DNA of 64,000 nt from Candidatus Micrarchaeia archaeon. Lineage in GTDB: Archaea > Micrarchaeota > Micrarchaeia > CABMEP01. Under the pieces are notes generated by a model. The model was not told the origin of the DNA. It searched no databases and saw only the letters and a program-made list of their open reading frames with translations. The stretch lies in the NCBI GenBank assembly GCA_038881595.1, contig JAVZPM010000001.1, forward strand, positions 1 through 64,000. Reading direction: 5' to 3'. Below are positions 31,198 to 41,234 of this stretch, piece after piece. How positions within the stretch are numbered: the first letter of the stretch is position 1; the number at the start of each line of letters is the position of its first letter. The position numbers and the translations under genes were made by a program.

Positions 31198-31206
31198 GGT
31201 GCGATA

Positions 31207-31749
31207 ATGGAAGAAGAGACGACAGAGAAAAAACAAGAAGAGATAAAAGAAAAAGAAACAGAACAAGAAATGCTAGTTACCGATAATAATATTGCAAATT
31301 TAGAACAAAAAATAGAAGCAATATTATTCATGGCTGCAAAGGCAGTGAGTATCACTGATTTACAGAAGCTTACAAATGCAGATCTCTATTCCATAAAAGA
31401 AGCGATTTCAAATCTTCAGCATTGGTATGCATCAAGGAAAAGCTGGCTGGAAATAGTAAAGGTTGACAAAAGTTATCTTATGAGATTAAAGCCAGAATAC
31501 ACTGAAATAGTTAGCCCAATTGTGCAGGAAACTGAACTATCGAAGCGTGCAATAAGAGTCTTAGCAGTAGTGGCAAAGAACAATGGGATATTGCAATCAA
31601 AAGTAGTAAAGATGCTTGGTACTTCTGTTTATGATGCTGTTGCAGAGCTTAAGCAGAAAGGATATATTGTAACTGAAACAAAAGGCCACTCAAAGATACT
31701 AAAGCTTACACAAAAATTCAAGAACTACTTTGGAGAGATACCACTTTAA
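31207..31749 (+). CDS. scpB: SMC-Scp complex subunit ScpB
   Basis: KIEAILFMA, ELSKRAIRVLAVVA, LTQKFKNYFG; follows scpA. Confidence 0.88.
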   Translation: MEEETTEKKQEEIKEKETEQEMLVTDNNIANLEQKIEAILFMAAKAVSITDLQKLTNADLYSIKEAISNLQHWYASRKSWLEIVKVDKSYLMRLKPEYTEIVSPIVQETELSKRAIRVLAVVAKNNGILQSKVVKMLGTSVYDAVAELKQKGYIVTETKGHSKILKLTQKFKNYFGEIPL

Positions 31750-31919
31750 CTATCTCAACTAATAAATAAAGAAATAAAGAAGCTCAAAAATTAACAAATT
31801 AACAAATGAAAAAAGAAACAAAGCAAATTGAATCAAAAACGTTAAACTTTTATTTCATTCTCTTTAATATATAATTGACAACTATTGGTAACTGGATGAT
31901 GAATATGGGTGAATCTTTA

Positions 31920-32534
31920 ATGAACAAAATTTGGATAATTGGCCTCATAATCTTTTCAGTGTTCATGTTTGGATGCTTGCAATCAAGTAAAACAACTACC
32001 CTTAATGCAGATGAGGTTAAGAAGTTTGTACTTGATGATCTAAATTCGAAATATCCAGATGCAGATATAAAAGAGATATTGGAAATGAAACCTGGTGAAT
32101 CAAACAACACATGGCAGATCAAGACAAGGGTTACTTTTAACTACTCATCACCATGTCCAGTAAGAATGAATGTTTATTATGATTATCCAAGAAGAGGATT
32201 CATAGAAACCCCTCCAGAATATATAACTAAGAATTGCGAGGTCTGCAAAGGAATAGCAAACTGCATACTTGGAACACCTGAGGAAGCAATAATCGCATCG
32301 CACACTCTTGAAGGAACAGATGTTGTGAGCAAATTTATAAACACATATTCAAATGCAAAGGCATCTGCTAAATTCTACTCAGAATATCTTGATCCAATAG
32401 AAAAGAAACCATACTCGGATGTCTGGATAGTAAAATGGACTTCAGAATCAACTAACTATGGATTAATAGTAATGATAGCAAACACTGGAAAAGTGGTTGG
32501 AATAATCCAGGCAACAAAACAGGAAACGATCTAA
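31920..32534 (+). CDS. Putative lipoprotein
   Basis: MNKIWIIGLIIFSVFMFG|CLQ lipobox-like; GGTGA SD before ATG 31920. Confidence 0.65.
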   Translation: MNKIWIIGLIIFSVFMFGCLQSSKTTTLNADEVKKFVLDDLNSKYPDADIKEILEMKPGESNNTWQIKTRVTFNYSSPCPVRMNVYYDYPRRGFIETPPEYITKNCEVCKGIANCILGTPEEAIIASHTLEGTDVVSKFINTYSNAKASAKFYSEYLDPIEKKPYSDVWIVKWTSESTNYGLIVMIANTGKVVGIIQATKQETI

Positions 32535-32545
32535 AAACATTTATT

Positions 32546-33943
32546 TTATTTTTTCAGCTTCTGTAGTATCAAATCCTTAACAACTTTTGAATCTGCTCTT
32601 CCTTTTGTCTCTTTTATTACTTGGCCTATAAGGAAGTGTAGTGTCTTCTCATTCCCGCTTAAGTAGTCCTGAACTGCTTTCTGCTGGGCTAAAAGGATTT
32701 TGTCTATTATCGTTTCGAGTTCAGAGGTGTTACTTATTTTAAGAAGATTAAGATCAGATGCAATCTTTGATGGATTTTCTTTTGTCTCTATCATCTTTAT
32801 TAGAACTTGTTCTGTACCTCTGTCTGTAAGATCTCCTTTATAGAACATAATGAACAAGTCAGAAAGCCATTCTGAATTTAATCCTGAATCGATATATGAA
32901 AGATTCCTATAGTTCAACTGCTTTTTGAGCGGACCTCTTATCCAAGATGCAATTTTCTGAGCTTCTATTATAGTTCCCTTTGATTCCACCTTAAAGACCA
33001 TCTCTTCAAAAAGCTTCGCTAGATTCATATCCATTGAAAGGATCCATGCGTCATCGCTCTTTATCTTATATTGGGTTTCAAATCTTGCAGCCTTGGCCCT
33101 TGGAAGCTCTGGCATTCCTTTTTTGATCTGTGATATTCTTTCTTCACTTATAATAATTGGTGGTACATCTGGATCTGGCATATACCTATAATCATCCTCT
33201 GTCTCTTTCTTTCTAAGAGATGTTGTTGTTCCTGTTGATTCATCGAAATGCCTTGTTTCTCTTACTATTGTACCGCCATGTCTAAGGATATTTTGCTGTC
33301 TTATGATTTCATAATTCAATGCATCATACACTCCCTTGAATGAGTTAATGTTTTTTATTTCTACCCTTGTTCCTCCATTGAGACTTATATTTGCATCTAC
33401 TCTAAGAGAACCTGGCTCGTCTCTTCCAGCATCAAGGTAATTTAGAATAGCATCAAGTTCGTCTAGAAAATCCCTTGCATCTGCAGGAGATTTCATATCT
33501 GGCTCAGTAACAATTTCAATAAGAGGCACGTTTGCTCTATTGTAATCAACAGTTCCCTCCCTTAATTCATACCTTCCTGGATCCTCTTCTATGTGAATCT
33601 CCCTGATTCTTACTTTTCCAAGCATTCCATCCACGCCTATTGGTTTAGAAGTTCTCTGAAATCCAGTGGGAAGATCTGGATAAAAGTAATGCTTTCTCTG
33701 AATTACTGAAGAATCAACAAATTTACAATTCAATGCTATACCTATCTTTAAAAGCTGATCCAAGGCATGAGAATTAAGTCCTAATGGCTTCGCACCTGGC
33801 TGCCCTGTGCATATTGGACATATGTTTGTATTTTCTGGTTTATCCCTGTAATCTGTTGGACATCTACAGAAAAGTTTGCTCTTTGTTTTAAGTTGTACAT
33901 GAATTTCAAGTCCTATTACAATGTCCAAATTCTTTTCATTCAT
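32546..33943 (-). CDS. gatB: Asp/Glu-tRNA amidotransferase subunit B
   Basis: IGLEIHVQL, RKHYFYPDLP, DYNRA..PLIEIVTEPD, LRVDANIS, RVEIKN. Confidence 0.96.
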   Translation of the reverse strand: MNEKNLDIVIGLEIHVQLKTKSKLFCRCPTDYRDKPENTNICPICTGQPGAKPLGLNSHALDQLLKIGIALNCKFVDSSVIQRKHYFYPDLPTGFQRTSKPIGVDGMLGKVRIREIHIEEDPGRYELREGTVDYNRANVPLIEIVTEPDMKSPADARDFLDELDAILNYLDAGRDEPGSLRVDANISLNGGTRVEIKNINSFKGVYDALNYEIIRQQNILRHGGTIVRETRHFDESTGTTTSLRKKETEDDYRYMPDPDVPPIIISEERISQIKKGMPELPRAKAARFETQYKIKSDDAWILSMDMNLAKLFEEMVFKVESKGTIIEAQKIASWIRGPLKKQLNYRNLSYIDSGLNSEWLSDLFIMFYKGDLTDRGTEQVLIKMIETKENPSKIASDLNLLKISNTSELETIIDKILLAQQKAVQDYLSGNEKTLHFLIGQVIKETKGRADSKVVKDLILQKLKK

Positions 33944-33954
33944 TTTATCACTTT

Positions 33955-35286
33955 TTATGCAATGTTAAATAAAGCATCGTCTTCAAAGTGTCTTCCATGA
34001 TACTGGATTGCACCATCGAAAATATTTTGTGAAAGTGGAGATACGATTGCTGGAAGACCTGTAAGATTTGCTGCTATTGTCAATGTATCTGCTGCATACA
34101 TTTCTAATGGATTCATTTTTTCTCCGAACTTCCATGGTGGAGTTGGCATTGCAGGCCCTGCAAGAATATCAACCTCTTTCATTACTCTAGAAAATTCTAA
34201 TTTCATTTTCTCTCTCGCTTTAAGAGCTCTGCTATACCATGCATCCTTGAATTCCTTCATTGTGATGTATGTACCTATCATTATCCTTCTTTTTATCTCT
34301 TTTCCAAATGCTGCTCCTCTTGCTTTAGAGAACGCAGAATAAAGATCTTCATTTCTATCTGCAGAATAACCATATCTTAAACCATCAAATTTCTGAAGTG
34401 CTGAAGACAGCTCTGCTGCCATAACTAATTGATAAATAGGGACTGTGTAATTTAAAGTTGGAATCGATACCTCTATGATTTCAAAATCAGATTCAAGTTG
34501 TTTTATTTTATCTCTTACTGCCTTTTCTATCCTTGGATCAATTGAACTAAAGAACTCTTTAGGAATTCCTATCCTTTTTATATCTGCTATTTGCTTTTCT
34601 TTTGATATCATTTTATCTGCAAGCTGTGTTGTCTGGTCATAAGCATCTGTTCCTCTTATTACATGGAAAACCTTTCTCATCACTTCCTTATCCTTTGATA
34701 TTATGCCTATCTGATCTAAAGACATGGCCATATCAACAAGACCATACCTGGAAACCATCCCATAAGTTGGTTTAAGACCGTATGAATTACAAAATGCAGC
34801 GGGGCATCTGACTGAGCCACCTGTATCGCTTCCAAGCGCTGCATCACAGAAGCCTGCTGCCACTGCTGCTCCACTACCGGAAGAAGAACCACCCGGCACC
34901 CTTTCTAAATCTAACGGGTTCTTTGTTATTTTTAATGCGCTGAATGTTCCATCACTACCACATGCAAATTCATCCATATTTAATGAACCTATGATTACTG
35001 CATCTGCATTCAATAGTTTTTCTACAACAGTTGCATTGTAGGTTGCTTTGTGTCCTCTGAGCATATTTGAACCACAGGTAAGCAACTTTCCCTTGTAGGC
35101 TATGTTGTTCTTTATTCCAATTATAAGACCTGCAAGAGGACCTGCATTTCCTTCATTAATTTTTTTGTCTATTCTTCTTGCTGCCTCTATTGCTTCATTC
35201 GAATATACTTCTATAAATGCATTTATTTCCTTATCCTTCTTTTCTATAAGTTCAAGTCTCTTATAGACAATCTCTTCTACTGACAT
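33955..35286 (-). CDS. gatA: Asp/Glu-tRNA amidotransferase subunit A
   Basis: NMDEFACGS, PGGSSSGS, GSDTGGSVRCPA, KRRIMIGTY. Confidence 0.95.
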   Translation of the reverse strand: MSVEEIVYKRLELIEKKDKEINAFIEVYSNEAIEAARRIDKKINEGNAGPLAGLIIGIKNNIAYKGKLLTCGSNMLRGHKATYNATVVEKLLNADAVIIGSLNMDEFACGSDGTFSALKITKNPLDLERVPGGSSSGSGAAVAAGFCDAALGSDTGGSVRCPAAFCNSYGLKPTYGMVSRYGLVDMAMSLDQIGIISKDKEVMRKVFHVIRGTDAYDQTTQLADKMISKEKQIADIKRIGIPKEFFSSIDPRIEKAVRDKIKQLESDFEIIEVSIPTLNYTVPIYQLVMAAELSSALQKFDGLRYGYSADRNEDLYSAFSKARGAAFGKEIKRRIMIGTYITMKEFKDAWYSRALKAREKMKLEFSRVMKEVDILAGPAMPTPPWKFGEKMNPLEMYAADTLTIAANLTGLPAIVSPLSQNIFDGAIQYHGRHFEDDALFNIA

Positions 35287-35306
35287 ACAATCACGCTAAG
35301 AATTAA

Positions 35307-35597
35307 TTATTTTAGAGATTTAGGAACCACAAGGATATTACCTTCTCTCTTTGTAAATTCAGACCTTATCATCTCCTTTGTGTCCTCATCTTGTTCCTTT
35401 ACTTCATCATCTCTTAGTGAATTTGAAATTCCGTGCATATAGCTTGTTTTTTCTTCAACTTCTTCTATATCTATTTCTTGAACTTTTCCGAAATATGCAA
35501 GAAGCATGTCCATCTCATTGCAAAGACTCTTTAATTCTTCATCAGAAAGTTTGATTCTTGCAACCTGTGATATCTGTTTTACATTTTCCTGATCCAT
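35307..35597 (-). CDS. gatC: Asp/Glu-tRNA amidotransferase subunit C
   Basis: VKQISQVARIKL, LRDDEV, VVPK; upstream of gatA-gatB. Confidence 0.88.
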   Translation of the reverse strand: MDQENVKQISQVARIKLSDEELKSLCNEMDMLLAYFGKVQEIDIEEVEEKTSYMHGISNSLRDDEVKEQDEDTKEMIRSEFTKREGNILVVPKSLK

Positions 35598-35732
35598 AAT
35601 CACACCAAAAATATTTTATTAGAAAACATATAATAATAGAGATAAAGGAATATAACTCTTTCTTGAAATCTAAATGTATTTTTCTATCCGATTGCGATTT
35701 GTTTATGAACTTGTTGTAAAGATGTTTTAATA

Positions 35733-37118
35733 TCATGGTATGTTTCTCTTTTTCAAGTATTCAAAGAGAAACTGAGTGTAATTCTTCTTTATCTTTGATA
35801 TATCTATTATCTTGGCTGATTTAATTACTTTCCTTATGTCTGGGGGAACGCCATTCTCATCTGGATTAGAAAGTATATGTTCTAAAAGTTGCTTGACATG
35901 AGTGAATCTTCTCTCACCTACTGCCAATATCCTGTCTTCCTCAAACCATATTGGCTCTGTCACCTTATGCTGCCTTATGAACTTATCCACATATTCCCTT
36001 TGGGATAATGGAGGACCCAATATCTTTTTCATTTTTGGAAGAGAGTATATTGAGAACTCGCAGAGAAACATGCATTTTCCATTTGCATACTCGTCAATGT
36101 CAAAAACCTCAAAATCATGCTCCTCTGATTTAGACCTTATTTTGTTTGCAAATTTGTACATCTGGGGCCATAAAATATCTTCAACTACTTTTGGCCTATC
36201 AAATTCTATTCCTAAGAATAAAGAATCTCTTAATTTAAGTTGCTTGTCTATCCATTTTTTATCTATTTTTTCTTGCGATGGCAAAAATGCATTTATTGAA
36301 GGCTTGTTTAAGAATATCGAAGCTGCATATGAGAAAACTGTAAGCGATGTCTTAGAAACCGAAGCTGCAACATTTCTATTTGGATCGACCGGATCTAAAA
36401 CTATCATTGCAGCATCGCTAAACTTTTTCTTAAGCTCTTCCTCATTCACTGGCTCGTTGCTTAATGTTATTATCGGCATTGATTTCATATTTGCGAAGGC
36501 ATCTAATACATTCAAAAAGTTTCCATATCTTAGAACCAATAATTCACAAAGATATCCGCTGAAGCCTCTTATTCTGCCTTCTGCACCATATATCTTTTGC
36601 GTTTTCAAAAACCTTTTGAGAAGCCTAACATCATCTCTTTGAGAATCTGTTATTTTTGAATTTATGAATTTGGTGTGAAGCGGAGACCTGTCTACTGCTG
36701 TAAGCATCTCTGAAACATCCTCTATCTTATATGAAGGAACAATGTCTACCTCTACACCTTCCACCCATGTTCTTACATATGGGTGCTGTGCATAGGCAAT
36801 CTCATATTTTCTTCCCTTGCAGAATTTCTTACTGTATTTCATTGCAAGAGTAAGCATATCTTTCAATGAATAGTCTTTTGAAAAAAGCATGAAAACATCA
36901 AAATCCATGTCACCTTTCAGATTTGTTCCTTTTGCTGTAGAACCAACAAGCTCTATTGAAACATCTTTTGGTGTAATCCTATCTAATTCTGAAACTATTT
37001 TCATTGCTATTTCTCTTTGCTTTGCCTGTTCTTTCTCTGAAGGTTTAATCTTTTTTAATACCTTAGCAAAAATCTTACTGTATCTATCGCTTATGAACAT
37101 CAAACCACTATCTTTCAC
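35733..37118 (-). CDS. cca: CCA-adding tRNA nucleotidyltransferase (archaeal class I)
   Basis: VGSTAKGT...DFDVF, YAQHPY, AVDRSPLHT, GFSGYLCELL, DPVDPNRNVAA. Confidence 0.95.
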   Translation of the reverse strand: MKDSGLMFISDRYSKIFAKVLKKIKPSEKEQAKQREIAMKIVSELDRITPKDVSIELVGSTAKGTNLKGDMDFDVFMLFSKDYSLKDMLTLAMKYSKKFCKGRKYEIAYAQHPYVRTWVEGVEVDIVPSYKIEDVSEMLTAVDRSPLHTKFINSKITDSQRDDVRLLKRFLKTQKIYGAEGRIRGFSGYLCELLVLRYGNFLNVLDAFANMKSMPIITLSNEPVNEEELKKKFSDAAMIVLDPVDPNRNVAASVSKTSLTVFSYAASIFLNKPSINAFLPSQEKIDKKWIDKQLKLRDSLFLGIEFDRPKVVEDILWPQMYKFANKIRSKSEEHDFEVFDIDEYANGKCMFLCEFSIYSLPKMKKILGPPLSQREYVDKFIRQHKVTEPIWFEEDRILAVGERRFTHVKQLLEHILSNPDENGVPPDIRKVIKSAKIIDISKIKKNYTQFLFEYLKKRNIP

Positions 37119-37152
37119 TTCTCAATATACTGTCTGCTATTAATAGCAGAAA

Positions 37153-37833
37153 TTATCTTGATAAATTATCTAGTCTTTCAATTATTGAATTCAATTTACC
37201 TTGGAATAATTCAGAGGCTGATATTTTCATCTTAACCGTTCCACTGCTTGGTAAGGTATAATTTATTTTCAATGTTTCGCTTTGCGGAATTGCAGATGTG
37301 TTTGTTGTGATGCTTCCGAATACAGTTAACTTTCCTTCCCATGGAATTGAAACTGGGAGACCATAAACCGGCAATACAACATTTATTGTGCCTTTAGTTT
37401 CTATCTCTTGAGATGGGATAGGAATTGAAAATGGTGAAAGTACCTGGTTTAATGGAACTGATGATTGCAAGGAATGCGGTTGATCAAATTGTGTGTTAAG
37501 TTCAATCGTAGATCTACTGAATTCCTTAAGATCAGATGATATTGCTCTAAGTTCAGATTTCAGTGATGCTATTGACATCATTGTAATTACACTAAGAACA
37601 AGAGATACTATTGCTACTACAGCTACGATAACGAATAAAACATTGTTTATCTGTGTTTCCTTAGCTTGAACAGGTTTGCTTATCTTCTGCTCTATTCTCT
37701 GTTCTTCTTTTCTTTCCTCCTTTGGTTTTTCTGGTTTCTTTGGTGAAACTATCCTTTCAGGAGGGAGTATTACTACTCCTTTTCCTAAGTCTACCTCTCT
37801 CTTTGGTGCGCTAGGATACTCTTCTTCCGCCAT
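37153..37833 (-). CDS. Single-pass membrane hypothetical protein
   Basis: Charged N-terminus, one TM helix (VLFVIVAVVAIVSLVL), coiled coil, beta-rich domain. Confidence 0.65.
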   Translation of the reverse strand: MAEEEYPSAPKREVDLGKGVVILPPERIVSPKKPEKPKEERKEEQRIEQKISKPVQAKETQINNVLFVIVAVVAIVSLVLSVITMMSIASLKSELRAISSDLKEFSRSTIELNTQFDQPHSLQSSVPLNQVLSPFSIPIPSQEIETKGTINVVLPVYGLPVSIPWEGKLTVFGSITTNTSAIPQSETLKINYTLPSSGTVKMKISASELFQGKLNSIIERLDNLSR

Positions 37834-37894
37834 AAACTAATTATATAGAGACAGATTTAAATTAGTTTTCAATTTAATCGTTCTTGCTGTGTAA

Positions 37895-39088
37895 TTAAAG
37901 AAGTATCAGAATTGAAGGAATAATAAGGAATGCCATAAGATTCGTTCTTCTCACTCCAAGAAGTGGGGGTAATAGCCCAATGAATGTTGCGAGAATACAT
38001 GTGAGTAATCCGAAGACACCTGAAAATAGAAATACGGATAATATAAGGAAAATTAGTACTGAAAAACTGATCAATCTCTGATCTATCTTGTTTATTGCAG
38101 AAATGAAAATTTCTGAAAACCCCAATAAAAGCAGAATTCCTATAATAGTTCCAACAAAATAAAATGCAATAAACCAGATAAGCAATGTTACATTAACATC
38201 ACTAATTAGTTGATTGATATTGACTAATGTACCTGTCCTTGCCTTTCCTATCCGTTCTAAGGCAACAATTGAATTTGCATAGTGGCTAATTGTAATAGAA
38301 GTAGTTGAAGAAAGAAAAAGAAGCGGATTGCCTGCAAACGGAGATACAAACGTTGCTAATTGAGCTGGAGAATTTATTGCAGGAAATAGGTCAGCTACAG
38401 CACCGATCAATGAAGAGAGCAAAATTATAATTATAAAGCTCTTGCCTATCTCTATCTTATATGATTCATTTCTCTGCTCTGGAATTAATGATTTTTCATT
38501 AAAAGACAAAATAATACTACTTAATGCAAAGAAACCTACAAAGACTGCAAATAAAGATTCCTGAAGAAGAGATGATATTGATGTTGAAAGAATCAGATAA
38601 CCGAAAAAACCTGAAATTAGAAAAACAAATAATGACTCTTTTATCTTCTTCTCCTGTAGCAGGAAAAAAACTGAAAAAAGTATCAAGATATAAGCTAGAT
38701 ATGGTTTGATAACAGGAAATAATAAAGGAAGAAATATGTAAGCCAATGGAATGATAAATACAAGAAAGAGAAGAGTTAGGAGCGCGGAAATAGCACACAC
38801 CAAAACAGCAAGCCTTCCTTTTCCATTTAAAACCAATTTCTGAGCGGGAAGTATTGAAAGCACTGAGTCTGAGTCGGGTATAAAAAGAAATATTGCTGGA
38901 AGAAGCGCAACCATATTGTTTACTGCAGCTGTAATTATTATGATTGCAGCCAATTCAAAATTATCTTGTACATTAAGATTAGAAATTATTTGGGATATTG
39001 TATTTGGATGTATTCCAGGAATTAACCCTGCTAGTGAACCTAAAATAATACCAAATATAAATGTTGAAATCAAACTCAATTCATCCAT
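37895..39088 (-). CDS. TctA-family (DUF112) membrane protein
   Basis: GSLAGLIPGIHPN, LPAIFLFIPD..SVLSILPAQKLVLNGKG, GVRRTNLMAFL. Confidence 0.82.
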   Translation of the reverse strand: MDELSLISTFIFGIILGSLAGLIPGIHPNTISQIISNLNVQDNFELAAIIIITAAVNNMVALLPAIFLFIPDSDSVLSILPAQKLVLNGKGRLAVLVCAISALLTLLFLVFIIPLAYIFLPLLFPVIKPYLAYILILFSVFFLLQEKKIKESLFVFLISGFFGYLILSTSISSLLQESLFAVFVGFFALSSIILSFNEKSLIPEQRNESYKIEIGKSFIIIILLSSLIGAVADLFPAINSPAQLATFVSPFAGNPLLFLSSTTSITISHYANSIVALERIGKARTGTLVNINQLISDVNVTLLIWFIAFYFVGTIIGILLLLGFSEIFISAINKIDQRLISFSVLIFLILSVFLFSGVFGLLTCILATFIGLLPPLLGVRRTNLMAFLIIPSILILL

Positions 39089-39135
39089 TACATCACATAG
39101 AATAAATATTTCATAGAATCAATTTATTTGAACTA

Positions 39136-39690
39136 TTATCTTATCAAAGCTATATCCTTTGATTGAACATAAAGAAAGGATCTATTGCTAAACTTTTTGA
39201 CGGAACCAACGACATAGACATAGTCGCCTTCAGTAAGAAAGATGGGGATCGTGCCTTGTGAAACTATGATATTTATACATTCAGAATTCTTCTTGACTTG
39301 CGAATCACATAACTTAAAGTTGTTTGAATTTATATCAAAAACAAATCCAGCTACTTTGACATATGCACCATCATGTATGGAACTAATTCCAGATACAGAT
39401 ATAATTTTTGGAGAAATGAACATTGATAGAATAAAAAGAGATAATATGCCGATTATAGAGAAGATAATTGAAATATTTAGAAGGTTTTCTCTTGATACAG
39501 AAGGAATTTTTAGGAAAATGTTGTATTTTGATTCTCTTTTATTAAGATCTTTTGAATGTTGTTTTTCTGAACGCTGAGTTTTTTTAGAATGTTCATTCAA
39601 AGAAAATTTGTTAGATAGGATACTAGATAAGAATCTTTCTAGATTCCTTCTAAATGTAAACACTTTTCTTGAAATCGCATCCATTGCCAT
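39136..39690 (-). CDS. Membrane-anchored OB-fold-like protein
   Basis: TM helix SIIGILSLF followed by YVKVAGFV...LCD...GDYVYVVGSVKKF. Confidence 0.6.
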   Translation of the reverse strand: MAMDAISRKVFTFRRNLERFLSSILSNKFSLNEHSKKTQRSEKQHSKDLNKRESKYNIFLKIPSVSRENLLNISIIFSIIGILSLFILSMFISPKIISVSGISSIHDGAYVKVAGFVFDINSNNFKLCDSQVKKNSECINIIVSQGTIPIFLTEGDYVYVVGSVKKFSNRSFLYVQSKDIALIR

Positions 39691-39763
39691 AAAAACACAA
39701 AAGATATGATAAACACATAATAAAATATTTGTTATTGCGTTTTTCTTTGCTATACTTATTGAT

Positions 39764-40735
39764 TTAATTTTCCTCATAAGAGGAAGCGACTATGTATGCA
39801 AGCAAAGCCTCTAGCTGTATCCTTTCATTTGCCCCTTCTGTTATTCTAAAATCGAATTCTCCAACTCTGTCTACTAATTTAACCTTCTGCTGTATAGACA
39901 ATGCCTTTCTATTTATTATATCCTTATGGATTGCTGCCAGTATGTCCTGGCCGTTTATTCCATGATTTATAAGAAGATCGTAAAGAATTGTCCTTGCCTC
40001 ATTAAACTTGCCTGCAAACGCATAATCTAACATACGACCTATATCCATGGGCCTTGCAGTTGCAACAAAAGAATATACTGAATTCTCATCTATGTCTTTT
40101 GATGTTAACGAAATTGATTGAAGAATATTTATCGCCTTTCTCATGTCTCCTTCTGACACATCAATCAATGCGTCATTAGCCTTATCACTTAAATTCAATC
40201 CTTCTGCTTCAGCTATCTTGGCAACTGCTTTTTTAATTTCTTCTTTTGAAAGAGGCTTGAACCTGAATACTGCACATCTGCTTTGAATAGGCTCGATTAT
40301 CTTTCCAGACCAGTTGCAGCTCAGGATAAAACGTGTTGTAGATGAATACATTTCCATGGTCCTTCTTAATGCCTGCTGAGCTTCCGGTGTCAATGCATCA
40401 GCCTCATCAAGAAATATTATCTTAAATGGAACGCCGCTTATTGGAGCTGTCCTTGCAAAATCTTTTATCTGACCTCTAACTACATCTATTCCTCTAGCAT
40501 CGCTTGCGTTTAATTCAAGAATATTGTGTCTGTAGTCATCTCCGTAAAGTTCTCGTGCCAATGCCAATGCGCATGTAGTTTTTCCTGTGCCTGCTGGTCC
40601 AGCAAATAAAAGATGAGGCATATTGTATGTCTTTGCATACTCTGAAAGCTTTGAAACTACCTCTGTCTGTCCCACTATATCTGAAAGCTTCTTAGGCCTA
40701 TACAACTCAACCCAAGGAATATATTTTTCTTCCAT
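39764..40735 (-). CDS. rfcS: Replication factor C small subunit (no intein)
   Basis: PWVELYRP, GPAGTGKTT, LELNASDARG, LDEADALT, PIQSRC. Confidence 0.96.
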   Translation of the reverse strand: MEEKYIPWVELYRPKKLSDIVGQTEVVSKLSEYAKTYNMPHLLFAGPAGTGKTTCALALARELYGDDYRHNILELNASDARGIDVVRGQIKDFARTAPISGVPFKIIFLDEADALTPEAQQALRRTMEMYSSTTRFILSCNWSGKIIEPIQSRCAVFRFKPLSKEEIKKAVAKIAEAEGLNLSDKANDALIDVSEGDMRKAINILQSISLTSKDIDENSVYSFVATARPMDIGRMLDYAFAGKFNEARTILYDLLINHGINGQDILAAIHKDIINRKALSIQQKVKLVDRVGEFDFRITEGANERIQLEALLAYIVASSYEEN

Positions 40736-40894
40736 AAAACCACAAATAATAGAGATATAATTCCATAAGTAATAATATTCTTTAACTCTTTTTAACCCAC
40801 ACAATAGATATATAATATAAAAATACTTAAATAAGTTTTGGACATATAATTAATCTAGAATGTGCTAATTCTAAGCATATTTAGGGATGAGAAA

Positions 40895-41221
40895 ATGAGA
40901 TTTATGCTGCTTTCACTAAACATCATAATAATGGTTGCACTAGGAGTTTATTTATTAAATATATTTTCAGTAAATGAATTAGGAATAAATGGAATTGGCT
41001 TAATAGTTATCTCTTCATTAGCAATCACAATGTTTGCAAATTATTTAATAGAAGAGAGATATGTATCTAACCCATTATTTTTCATCTTGCCTGGGCTTGC
41101 TGCTTCCGTAATTTCTGTATTGGCTACAAAGGGATTATCTATAATTACAATAATAGCAATACTTTTCATAGTACCTGGTTTAGTTATGTTAATAAGAGAT
41201 AAATCTAAAAGCAAGGAATAA
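40895..41221 (+). CDS. Small 4-TM membrane protein
   Basis: Four hydrophobic segments; just upstream of ileS. Confidence 0.6.
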   Translation: MRFMLLSLNIIIMVALGVYLLNIFSVNELGINGIGLIVISSLAITMFANYLIEERYVSNPLFFILPGLAASVISVLATKGLSIITIIAILFIVPGLVMLIRDKSKSKE

Positions 41222-41234
41222 AACAAGTGGTTTT

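Noticed and set aside
35902..36642. Long antisense ORFs (this 246-aa one; also 1527-1988, 30624-31115, 43421-43861)
   Set aside because: Shadows of well-supported genes on the opposite strand; F/S/I/L-rich, no motifs.
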